A stretch of 32,000 bases of DNA, taken from the NCBI RefSeq assembly GCF_000092105.1, contig NC_014148.1, positions 2,760,001-2,792,000 of the forward strand, written 5' to 3'. The first letter of the stretch is position 1. Each line of letters begins with the position of its first letter. Of the stretch, positions 6,492 to 14,163 are shown piece after piece. A program made the translations under genes and the position numbers. The notes beneath the pieces are model-generated. The model made no database searches. It had not been told where the DNA came from and saw only the letters and a program-made list of their open reading frames with translations. This DNA comes from Planctopirus limnophila DSM 3776 (lineage in GTDB: Bacteria; Planctomycetota; Planctomycetia; Planctomycetales; Planctomycetaceae).

Positions 6492-6498
6492 AGTCGAG

Positions 6499-6582
6499 TG
6501 CCCAAGACAGGAATCGAACCTGCACGGGAGTGATCCCACTAGCTCCTGAAGCTAGCGCGTCTGCCAGTTCCGCCACCTGGGC
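6499..6582 (-). tRNA. tRNA-Leu (anticodon CAG), class II with long variable arm
   Basis: Hand-folded 84-nt cloverleaf. Acceptor stem GCCCAGG/CTTGGGC plus discriminator A. D stem GCG/CGC. Anticodon stem CTAGC/GCTAG with loop TTCAGGA (anticodon CAG). Variable arm GGGA-TCAC-TCCC. T arm GCAGG-TTCGATT-CCTGT. CCA is not encoded. Confidence 0.92.
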
Positions 6583-6681
6583 CAGCACTTCGTGAAGAAT
6601 ACTTGACGCTCGTCAAACAGGCAAGTCTCCCAGCGTGAAAGTCCAACGCCCATCGCCGGGATTTCCAGCCAGAATCATCAC

Positions 6682-7188
6682 CTAGATCATATCCAGTCGG
6701 CGATGCGATCTTTGGGGCGGCCTGAGACACTTCGCACAGACCCCCTCGACTTCAAGACGATGCCCGGACATCCGGAAACCATGCGCGTTGGCCACTTTTT
6801 CCAGTGTTTCGGAAATCACATCGTTAGCGAACTCGATCATGTCGCCGCATTTGCTGCAAATCAGGTGATCGTGCTGAGGATAACCGTAATCGTGTTCATA
6901 GACTTCACGGTCGTTGGCACGGGCAACTCGACGCAGCAAGCCAGCCTCAACGAGCAGACTTAATGTCCTGTAAATCGTCGAACGACTGGCACCATCTTTC
7001 CGCCCGCGTTGTGAAAGATTCGCCACCCATTGCTCTGCATCAAAGTGATCATGCGTGGCATAGACCGCTGTGACAACGGCCTCGCGCTCGGGTGTCAGCC
7101 GCATCCCTTTGGTCTGCAGAAATTCCCGAAATTTTTCGGTCGGGTCGATGTCTTCATCAAATGCAGCGAGATGCACAACAACCTCCAA
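6682..7188 (-). CDS. fur: Fur-family metal-responsive transcriptional regulator
   Basis: 168-aa track ORF with a TTG start. A GTG at 7176 preceded by GGAGG is the likelier start. Winged-helix motif STIYRTLSLLVEAGLL, then HDHLICSKCGDMIEF ... GVCAKC (two CxxC pairs). Confidence 0.88.
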   Translation of the reverse strand: MEVVVHLAAFDEDIDPTEKFREFLQTKGMRLTPEREAVVTAVYATHDHFDAEQWVANLSQRGRKDGASRSTIYRTLSLLVEAGLLRRVARANDREVYEHDYGYPQHDHLICSKCGDMIEFANDVISETLEKVANAHGFRMSGHRLEVEGVCAKCLRPPQRSHRRLDMI

Positions 7189-7244
7189 CGGCTGGCTGGG
7201 AAAAAAGCCATCGAAGACATGTCGTCTGTCGCGTGGGGAGATCC

Positions 7245-7799
7245 TTAATCCTCATTTCGCCAGACATTCAACATCTTCTCAAGAGCGGCTTCTAACTTGG
7301 CTTCTGTATCATAGGTACCGTTGGCAATCATTTCACGAATGGCATTCAGACGCTGTTCGCGAATTTCCGGCGTTTGGGTGAGTTGATCGAGCATTCGGCC
7401 TGCTGTCGAAATATGCAGTTCATCCTGAGGAGAGGTTGTCACTGCAGGGTAGCGGTTGTCACCTGACGAAACACCCCTTGTGGGTTGGTTCGTCAACATG
7501 CGGAAAGAAGGATTCACTCCGCTGACATCCATGCCGACTACTCCAGGTTCGATCCACCGGAACACCGTATCAATGAATTCGTCGTCGTTCGAGATTTCGA
7601 GCGATGACACTTCCGAATGATACCGTAAATCGTCGGACAGGTTCAACCTGGCGTTTGAGGAGTGAGACATTACGTGGGCTCCATCGGGACAACAGACACT
7701 GATTTTGGCCGTCATCCCGACGAATTCCGAGGAAACCTCTTGATTTCCCACAATGACAGACGAATAGGCACGAAGTTCTGGGAAAGTTCCCAACATCAT
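7245..7799 (-). CDS. flgM: anti-sigma-28 factor FlgM-like protein with a long N-terminal extension
   Basis: The C-terminal stretch IREQRLNAIREMIANGTYDTEAKLEAALEKML matches the FlgM C-terminal helix pattern. The full ORF is 184 aa. A canonical-length 95-aa product would start at the ATG at 7532. The start is uncertain. Confidence 0.7.
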   Translation of the reverse strand: MMLGTFPELRAYSSVIVGNQEVSSEFVGMTAKISVCCPDGAHVMSHSSNARLNLSDDLRYHSEVSSLEISNDDEFIDTVFRWIEPGVVGMDVSGVNPSFRMLTNQPTRGVSSGDNRYPAVTTSPQDELHISTAGRMLDQLTQTPEIREQRLNAIREMIANGTYDTEAKLEAALEKMLNVWRNED

Positions 7800-8205
7800 A
7801 CAACAAAGAGGGTTGCATGCTTCTCATCGGCGTTGAATCGTCTGACAGACAGAGTTATCGGCAAGCTTCTGGCAAGAATTCATCACCTTCACCTTGTGGC
7901 GGGCTCCAACCTTCAGATTGGGTGCTGTCGAGCGCGGTATGACGAATTTGCACTTGGCTGATGCTGAAAGTTCTAAATTCCATCCCCCTCTGGCTTGCAT
8001 CTGCTGAATTGTCAGTTTCGCTTCACTTCCGATGCGACCTGGAATCAGTCACAATGGAGAAATCGCAGTAATCAGGGATGAACCTCAATTCCATCCCCAA
8101 GAGCCCAAGAAATCTACTCTTAATCACAAGTCGTTACTCAAAAAACACTTGCGATCAAAACTGCATACAAATTTCAAATCCGAATTCGTCCCGGGAAACA
8201 GCCAG

Positions 8206-9882
8206 ATGGGTGAACAGTACATCTTCACAATGGAAGACTTGAGAAAGTTCCACGACAAAAAGGAAGTTCTCAAGGGAATCTGGCTGTCGTTTTATCCCGG
8301 CGCCAAAATTGGCGTGCTCGGCGGGAACGGAGCCGGGAAGAGTACTCTCCTGCGAATCATGGCGGGAGTGGATAAAGACTTTATGGGAACTGCCCGGCTG
8401 ACAGCAGGGTTTACCTGTGGCTTCGTGCCACAGGAGCCAGTGCTGAATCCCGAGAATACGGTTCTCGATGAACTGAATGAGGCTGTCGCCCCCAAAAGAG
8501 CTTTGCTCGCGCGCTATGACTGGATCAATCAGCGATTTGGTGAAGGTCCGGATGCGGACGAAATGGATAAGCTGATTGACGAACAGGGGAAGATTCAGGA
8601 ACAGATCGACGCCCAGAACTTGTGGGAGCTGGATCGGGCACTGGAGATCGCTGCCGACGCCATGCGTCTGCCTCCGATGGATGCCAAGATTGGGCCGCTT
8701 TCGGGTGGGGAACGCCGCCGGGTCGCTCTGTGCAAAGTTCTGCTGCAGCATCCCGATATGCTGCTGCTGGATGAACCAACGAACCACCTCGATGCAGAAT
8801 CGGTCGCCTGGCTGGAGCGATACCTGCACGATTATCAGGGAACTGTGGTGGCGGTGACTCACGACCGGTACTTTCTCGATAACTCTTGCGAATGGATTCT
8901 CGAACTCGACCAGGGACATGGAATTCCCTTCAAAGGGAACTACAGCGGTTGGCTGGAACAGAAGCAGGAGAGGCTTCGAAAAGAAGAACGTCAGGCCTCG
9001 GCTCGACAGAAAACACTGGAGCGCGAACTGGAATGGGTGCGCATGTCACCAAAGGCTCGGCAAGCCAAAAGTAAAGCCCGCCTTGCTGCCTATGAAAAAC
9101 TGCTGGCAGAAGAGCAGGAACAGCGGGATGACGTTATCGAACTCAAGATTCCCCCTGGACCGAGACTGGGGGAACTCGTCGTTAAATTCGATGGTGTCAG
9201 CAAGGCTTTTGGCAATAAGCTGCTGTTCGACTCGCTCGAGTTCCGTTTGCCTCCAGCTGGGATCGTCGGTGTGATTGGCCCCAATGGTGCCGGTAAGACG
9301 ACACTTTTCCGGTTAATCATGCAATTGGAGCAGCCGGATCAAGGAACCGTCACGATCGGCAACACAGTCAAGATTGCGTATGTCGAGCAGAACCGGGAAT
9401 CACTGAATGGCGAGCAGACGGTGTACGAAAACATTTCCGGGGGTAACGACAATCTGAAGTATGGCGACGTGACGATTAACTCACGGGCCTACTGCGGGAA
9501 ATTCAACTTTAAGGGGCCGGATCAACAGAAGCAGGTCAAGTTCCTGTCTGGCGGGGAACGTAACCGACTGTTGCTGGCCAAGACGTTGACTGTCGGTGGG
9601 AATGTTCTGCTGCTTGACGAACCTACCAACGACCTCGATATCGACACGTTACGAGCTCTCGAAGAAGGTCTCTTGAACTTCTCCGGTTGTGCCGTCGTCA
9701 TCAGCCACGACCGTTGGTTCCTGGACCGTGTGGCCACGCACATTGTGGCCTTTGAAGGAGATAGCCAGGTCGTCTGGCATGAAGGCAACTACCAGTCGTA
9801 TGAAACGCTCAGGAAACAGCGATTGGGCGAAGACGCCAACAAGCCTAAGCCGATGCGTTATAAAAAGCTGGCAGGAATGTAA
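8206..9882 (+). CDS. ettA: energy-dependent translational throttle protein EttA (ABC-F ATPase)
   Basis: 558 aa from the ATG at 8206: [54 protein letters not shown]... It is collinear with E. coli EttA across both ABC domains ([54 protein letters not shown]). The 58 upstream in-frame codons of the track ORF have no EttA counterpart. Confidence 0.93.
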   Translation: MGEQYIFTMEDLRKFHDKKEVLKGIWLSFYPGAKIGVLGGNGAGKSTLLRIMAGVDKDFMGTARLTAGFTCGFVPQEPVLNPENTVLDELNEAVAPKRALLARYDWINQRFGEGPDADEMDKLIDEQGKIQEQIDAQNLWELDRALEIAADAMRLPPMDAKIGPLSGGERRRVALCKVLLQHPDMLLLDEPTNHLDAESVAWLERYLHDYQGTVVAVTHDRYFLDNSCEWILELDQGHGIPFKGNYSGWLEQKQERLRKEERQASARQKTLERELEWVRMSPKARQAKSKARLAAYEKLLAEEQEQRDDVIELKIPPGPRLGELVVKFDGVSKAFGNKLLFDSLEFRLPPAGIVGVIGPNGAGKTTLFRLIMQLEQPDQGTVTIGNTVKIAYVEQNRESLNGEQTVYENISGGNDNLKYGDVTINSRAYCGKFNFKGPDQQKQVKFLSGGERNRLLLAKTLTVGGNVLLLDEPTNDLDIDTLRALEEGLLNFSGCAVVISHDRWFLDRVATHIVAFEGDSQVVWHEGNYQSYETLRKQRLGEDANKPKPMRYKKLAGM

Positions 9883-9918
9883 CTCGACAAAGTTGTCGCT
9901 TCGTGAATTCTTTTTGAG

Positions 9919-10608
9919 TTATTCAAATTCACCCGCAGATGGAGTTTCACTCCATCGTCGACCGAGTTTGTGGGGCACAGCCAACTGATCACAGACTCGG
10001 GCGACAACGAAATCCACTAAATCTCCCAGCGATTGCGGCTGGTGGTAATAGCCTGGCATTGCAGGCAAAATGACGGCACCAGCCTCAGAAAGCCTCTGCA
10101 TATTGCCCAGAGCAATCGAACTCAGCGGCGTCTCTCGCGGCACGAGGACCAGCTTACGTCGTTCCTTCAAATGAACATCAGCAGCACGGTGAATCAGGTT
10201 ACTGGACAGACCGTGAGAGATGGACGCGAGAGTTCCCATCGAGCAAGGACAGATCGCCATGCCATCTGTCAGAAAACTTCCACTGGCGATCCCTGCTGAG
10301 TAATCACGCACTGGGTAGTAGAACAGCTGGCCAATACTTGCAGGCTGGATGGAGTCATCCAGCAATGGCCGGAACTGATAATGCGACAACGTGGCTTTCT
10401 TCCACGTTCCCCATGGTTCGGGGAGTAATGAGCGAGGGTCAAAGTGATCTAAAGAAAGCTCGATACCCATCTCATGGTAAAAAACCTGTTGCGCAGCGGG
10501 GCTGATTGTGAGATGTATTTCCACACCTGCTGCAGCCAATGTTTCTAATAGCCGTAAGCCATAAACTGCACCACTGGCACCCGTAATGGCGAGGACAATG
10601 CGGCGCAT
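9919..10608 (-). CDS. ubiX: UbiX-family flavin prenyltransferase
   Basis: 229 aa: MRRIVLAITGASGAVYGLRLLETL ... AADVHLKERRKLVLVPRETPL ... It is collinear with E. coli UbiX except for an insertion of roughly 35 aa after the first strand-helix unit. Confidence 0.88.
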   Translation of the reverse strand: MRRIVLAITGASGAVYGLRLLETLAAAGVEIHLTISPAAQQVFYHEMGIELSLDHFDPRSLLPEPWGTWKKATLSHYQFRPLLDDSIQPASIGQLFYYPVRDYSAGIASGSFLTDGMAICPCSMGTLASISHGLSSNLIHRAADVHLKERRKLVLVPRETPLSSIALGNMQRLSEAGAVILPAMPGYYHQPQSLGDLVDFVVARVCDQLAVPHKLGRRWSETPSAGEFE

Positions 10609-10643
10609 GGCAAAATCTTTCCATCAAGCGAACAAATCGAGGT

Positions 10644-11402
10644 TTACTCGGCACGATGACCACCGTCGGGCTTTTGGCCAATGTACAACGTGGCAATTCC
10701 CAGAGTCAGCGGCCAGAACTTGACATTAATCAGGCCGGCACTGCGCATGTGCTCTGCGAGAGCCTCTCCGTAAGGAAACTCGGCTACCGAACTGGGAAGA
10801 TAGTCGTATGCCGCCTGACGATTACGAGCCAGCAATTGCCCAATCCGTGGCAGAATGTTGCGGAAATACCAACAATAAACGCTGCGAATGATCGGATTGC
10901 CTGGAAGCGAAAACTCGAGAATGGCGACCTGACCTCCGGGTTGGCAGACACGGGTCATCTCTTCCAGACCCAACGCCATTCGAGTGACGTTGCGGAGTCC
11001 AAAGGCGACTGAAACTAACTGAAATTGATTCGCCTCAAATGGTAACGCCTGAGTATCAGCTTCAATAAACGTGATGGGTGATGAGTTTGAGCCAGCGGAT
11101 TGATGAGTGTTCTTTCGCGTCTTTTTGCGGGCGATGGCCAGCATTTCGTGAGTGAAATCTGTCCCGATCACCGGAATCTGCTGTTGGCTATGTTTCCAGA
11201 AAGCAATTGCCAGATCACCCGTTCCTGTGCAGACATCAAGAATGGGAGCTTGATTACGGATCTGGCAGCGACGAATGGTGAACCATCTCCAGTAGTAATC
11301 CACCCCACCGGAAAGCAGGTGGTTCATCAGATCGTAACGACTGGAAATCTCGCCAAACATCTGGCGAATTCGATTTTCCGATTTATCGACGGTAGCTGCC
11401 AT
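10644..11402 (-). CDS. ubiE: demethylmenaquinone/ubiquinone C-methyltransferase (UbiE/MenG family)
   Basis: Starts MAATVDKSENRIRQMFGEISSRYDLMNHLLSGGVDYYWRWFTI, with SAM motif ILDVCTGTGDLAIAF. The start at ATG 11402 was chosen by alignment to E. coli UbiE (MVDKSQE...). The track ORF extends to TTG 11450. Confidence 0.88.
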   Translation of the reverse strand: MAATVDKSENRIRQMFGEISSRYDLMNHLLSGGVDYYWRWFTIRRCQIRNQAPILDVCTGTGDLAIAFWKHSQQQIPVIGTDFTHEMLAIARKKTRKNTHQSAGSNSSPITFIEADTQALPFEANQFQLVSVAFGLRNVTRMALGLEEMTRVCQPGGQVAILEFSLPGNPIIRSVYCWYFRNILPRIGQLLARNRQAAYDYLPSSVAEFPYGEALAEHMRSAGLINVKFWPLTLGIATLYIGQKPDGGHRAE

Positions 11403-11617
11403 GGGGCCTGTCCGAACCTCACTGATGGACACAGAGTTTCTCATTAGCAACTCATTTTGTTTTCCATCAACAAAACGAGAGAAATTTCATCAATCGGAAA
11501 CTTCTTAATCGTGTATTTCAAATGAACCGCAGCAAACAATCGATTGATAACCGGGATTTCAGATGACGGGACTGAATTCAAAACCAGTCTATTTTCGCCC
11601 ACCATCTGCCGACTTGC

Positions 11618-13159
11618 TTACAGGAGTCCAGGCGTTCTCAAGTACTTTGACAATCCGTATTCCTCCCAGCGGGCTTTGACTTTTTCAATCGTCGCACGGG
11701 TTAATTGATCACCTGAGTCTGATACGCGCTTCTTACGAGTGGCATCAATCCCGATCTTATGGCCCGAAAAACTCAATGGCATTCCGGGATTTTGCCGGAA
11801 TAAGAACTCGATGGAACTCGGTGGTTTTGACCAGGGGACACCAGTTCCTCTGGAGTATTCGATATCTTCAGGAAAGCTGGCCTCCCGGACAATTGCCCGC
11901 CAGACGGCCAATTGATCGCGAATGTTGACGTCATCGTCCACAATGATCACCAGCTTGGCTTCGCTCAAAATCGGCAGCGACCAGATGGCATGGATTAACT
12001 GTCGAGTTCGCCCAACGTCGGAACTTTTCAAACTGGCAACGATCAGTTGATGGCCTTCCTGCAGAGCAGGGAAGTGAAGTTCATTGAGTTCCGGAATGAT
12101 CGACGACAATCGGCTTCGGGATACCTGCTCCAGAAGTCGATCAGCCAAATGTGATTCTCGGGTCTCCGGCAAGACCATCGGCACGATTGGCAAAGCCTTG
12201 TGTGTAATGGCAGTAATCCTGGCCAAAGGAAACTCAGCCACCTCAGATTGCCAACCTGAGCGGCGAGTTTCCAGACGATGTGGCACATTGACAACGCCTG
12301 TATCGATGACCCCTTCGAGGATCATCTCAGCTTCACCTGCGACATCTATATCGGAAGTTCGAGCCCTGGCTACTACAAAGCCAGACTCTCGTTGTCGACC
12401 GAGAAACTCCCAAAGATCACGCCCCCAGCATGCCGGATGCAGGTTCAACCAGCGGCTATCCATGGCGTAGCAGGCCGTATCCGAGCCCATCACAAAGGCC
12501 ACAGGCAAGGGCTGCCCAGCAACTCGAGCCTCTTCCAGATGTCTTAGGGAAGCACTCCCCAGAGGCCAGTCACAGATCAATGTTTTGCTATCGAGAATTG
12601 ACAGATGACATCGATCAACCGATCGATCGCCTCCAGTTCCTCTCGTTACCGAATGTGCATGAAACAGGCTTGGATGAGGGCTCTGGCTCTGTCGGTAAAT
12701 ACCTGGAAGAGTGCCGAGATCAACCTCGCCTCCCAGACGGATCACCTGCTGTGAGGCCACTGTTCGCTGTCTGATGATTGGCTCTGTCGCTGTGCTCCAG
12801 AGAAAACCTTTCGTTTCCGAGTTTGTGGCCCGGCTGAATGGAAATAGTTGGCTGATGTCGTTCCAGTAAGGCACACCGAGCATTTGGGCACAGCGCTGTT
12901 CAGTTGCCAGGAGATTCACCACGACTGGAAACTGACTGCCACGCACATCGTCAAAGACAACGACCGGTGGAAATTCTGTGAGCTGGTCGATCTGATGAAC
13001 AATCTCGAAAAGTTCCTCTCGAGGATCGACCGCGACGGTGATGCGAATCAATTCCGCTTCAGCCGCTCTTCCTAAAGAGGCTAGATCAAAACTGTGCGGA
13101 TTTCGGGATTGAGTTGCCAGCGCCTGAACGAATGCCCCAATCGAACAGACAGTCTTCAT
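11618..13159 (-). CDS. ubiD: UbiD-family (prenylated-FMN-dependent) decarboxylase
   Basis: About 513 aa from the ATG at 13159; the track ORF begins at TTG 13183. The N-terminal region ELIRITVAVDPREELFEIVHQI...PPVVVFDDVRGSQFPVVVNLLATEQRCAQMLGV parallels E. coli UbiD ELKRITLPVDPHLEITEIADR...[22 protein letters not shown]. Confidence 0.82.
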   Translation of the reverse strand: MKTVCSIGAFVQALATQSRNPHSFDLASLGRAAEAELIRITVAVDPREELFEIVHQIDQLTEFPPVVVFDDVRGSQFPVVVNLLATEQRCAQMLGVPYWNDISQLFPFSRATNSETKGFLWSTATEPIIRQRTVASQQVIRLGGEVDLGTLPGIYRQSQSPHPSLFHAHSVTRGTGGDRSVDRCHLSILDSKTLICDWPLGSASLRHLEEARVAGQPLPVAFVMGSDTACYAMDSRWLNLHPACWGRDLWEFLGRQRESGFVVARARTSDIDVAGEAEMILEGVIDTGVVNVPHRLETRRSGWQSEVAEFPLARITAITHKALPIVPMVLPETRESHLADRLLEQVSRSRLSSIIPELNELHFPALQEGHQLIVASLKSSDVGRTRQLIHAIWSLPILSEAKLVIIVDDDVNIRDQLAVWRAIVREASFPEDIEYSRGTGVPWSKPPSSIEFLFRQNPGMPLSFSGHKIGIDATRKKRVSDSGDQLTRATIEKVKARWEEYGLSKYLRTPGLL

Positions 13160-13520
13160 CGATGACGACTTTCGGAAGTGCAACGCTCATGTATTCGTTA
13201 CAAATTGAGTGATATACGCATCCCAGAGAAGAGTCGCGCGTCAAGACTCAGTAAAGCATGCTTGCTCGGAGCTGCAAGCATGGCACATGAAACGCTGCCA
13301 AATTCTGGAATCCGCATCAATTGACACGGAAAGGTATGAGCTTGCAGCGAAAGCCCGCAACCGTCAACTCGACCGTTGGCCCGGAGATGTGGGCTTGTTG
13401 AGAGGCGGAGGTTTCCCACCCGGAACAGGGAGAGAGAAGGGGAGATTCCTGAAATTCAGTGCTGACCCGAGAAGAAGGGCTTTTCACAAGGAGCAGCATA
13501 TCCTGAATCTTACGACACGC

Positions 13521-13808
13521 TCAGTCATTACTTTCCAGCCGCTGGCGAAGTTCATCTCTCTCGCTGCGTGTGACTTCCAGATCGAACATCAGGTATTTGA
13601 TATCCAATCGAAGCTGGCTGAGTGCCTCCTGGACAAGATTCAGAATTCTTCGGCGTCGTTTCACACTATCCACCACTTGATCGTAAGCCACTTGCAGCTC
13701 TTCGTGGCGCCGGGTCGCGTTCAAGACAGCGATCTGCCGCCCCAATTCGGAGAGTTCACGTGGAAGCTCTTCAGTCTCAGGGTTTGGCAATCTCGACGCG
13801 TAATCCAT
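13521..13808 (-). CDS. small coiled-coil hypothetical protein
   Basis: 95 aa, charged heptad-like sequence: ...ELSELGRQIAVLNATRRHEELQVAYDQVVDSVKRRRRILNLVQEALSQLRLDIKYLMFDLEVTRSERDELRQRLE. Its codon pattern is better than that of the overlapping plus-strand 238-aa ORF. Confidence 0.6.
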   Translation of the reverse strand: MDYASRLPNPETEELPRELSELGRQIAVLNATRRHEELQVAYDQVVDSVKRRRRILNLVQEALSQLRLDIKYLMFDLEVTRSERDELRQRLESND

Positions 13809-14163
13809 GATGACTCTTTTCCGTGCGTGCAGAGAAGGGAATCAATTTGTCCTCTTCAGATTTTGTGCCAACGAGTAAGCCAAACGCAACAGATTGATAT
13901 AAGTTCATGCAAAAAAACAACTTAGAAATAATCCGCGTGACCACCTGCCAGTTTCTGATGTTGCAAAATTGCCACTTCTTGTCAGTTTCATGGAGCGCAA
14001 AGACGTTTACGCAAAAGCATTTAGGAAATAGACTGTGACGGAGAGAACGTTTGAAAAAAGCGACAACGTGGAGTCCGATGAGCCGGAAAGTCGATCAATT
14101 CTTTATAAGAAATCTCTGAATTGATCTCATTTTGATCATTGCCGATTAACTAAGTAACCCTGC

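Larger units (their letters stand above)
1..6498. mobile_element. integrated mobile element (prophage remnant or integrative element) adjacent to the 3' end of tRNA-Leu; left boundary unresolved
   Basis: Contains a tyrosine integrase, XRE repressors and a replication-like gene with iterons, all on the side of the tRNA 3' end. Composition shifts sharply in my spot counts of single 60-nt lines: 4321-4380 is 44/60 G+C and 2281-2340 is 41/60, against 29/60 for 21001-21060. The element genes have strong AGGAGG-type Shine-Dalgarno sequences, unlike most chromosomal genes here. No att repeat was found in the window. Confidence 0.65.

Noticed and set aside
6539-6730. 63-aa ORF overlapping the tRNA gene
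   Set aside because: It overlaps a well-folded tRNA-Leu and the fur 3' end. It is a chance ORF.
7976-8098. 12-bp direct repeat AATTCCATCCCC (7976-7987 and 8087-8098) upstream of ettA
   Set aside because: There are only two copies 111 bp apart, with no dyad symmetry or recognisable regulator motif. It could be chance. I note it only as a possible regulatory element.
8032-8205. 58-codon in-frame N-terminal extension of ettA
   Set aside because: EttA homologs begin at the position of the ATG at 8206 (MGEQYIFTM.. versus E. coli MAQFVYTM..). The extension has no counterpart and is Lys/His-rich.
8155-8919. 254-aa ORF antisense to ettA
   Set aside because: It lies wholly inside a confidently identified gene on the other strand and has no recognisable motifs.
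13257-13282. 9-bp perfect hairpin (CATGCTTGC / GCAAGCATG) in the ubiD upstream region
   Set aside because: It is an isolated hairpin with no U-tract on either strand and no recognisable riboswitch context. That is not enough to call a feature.
13209-13925. 238-aa plus-strand ORF
   Set aside because: It overlaps the more protein-like minus-strand coiled-coil gene and otherwise spans likely intergenic DNA. Its composition is poor (Cys/His/Gln-rich).
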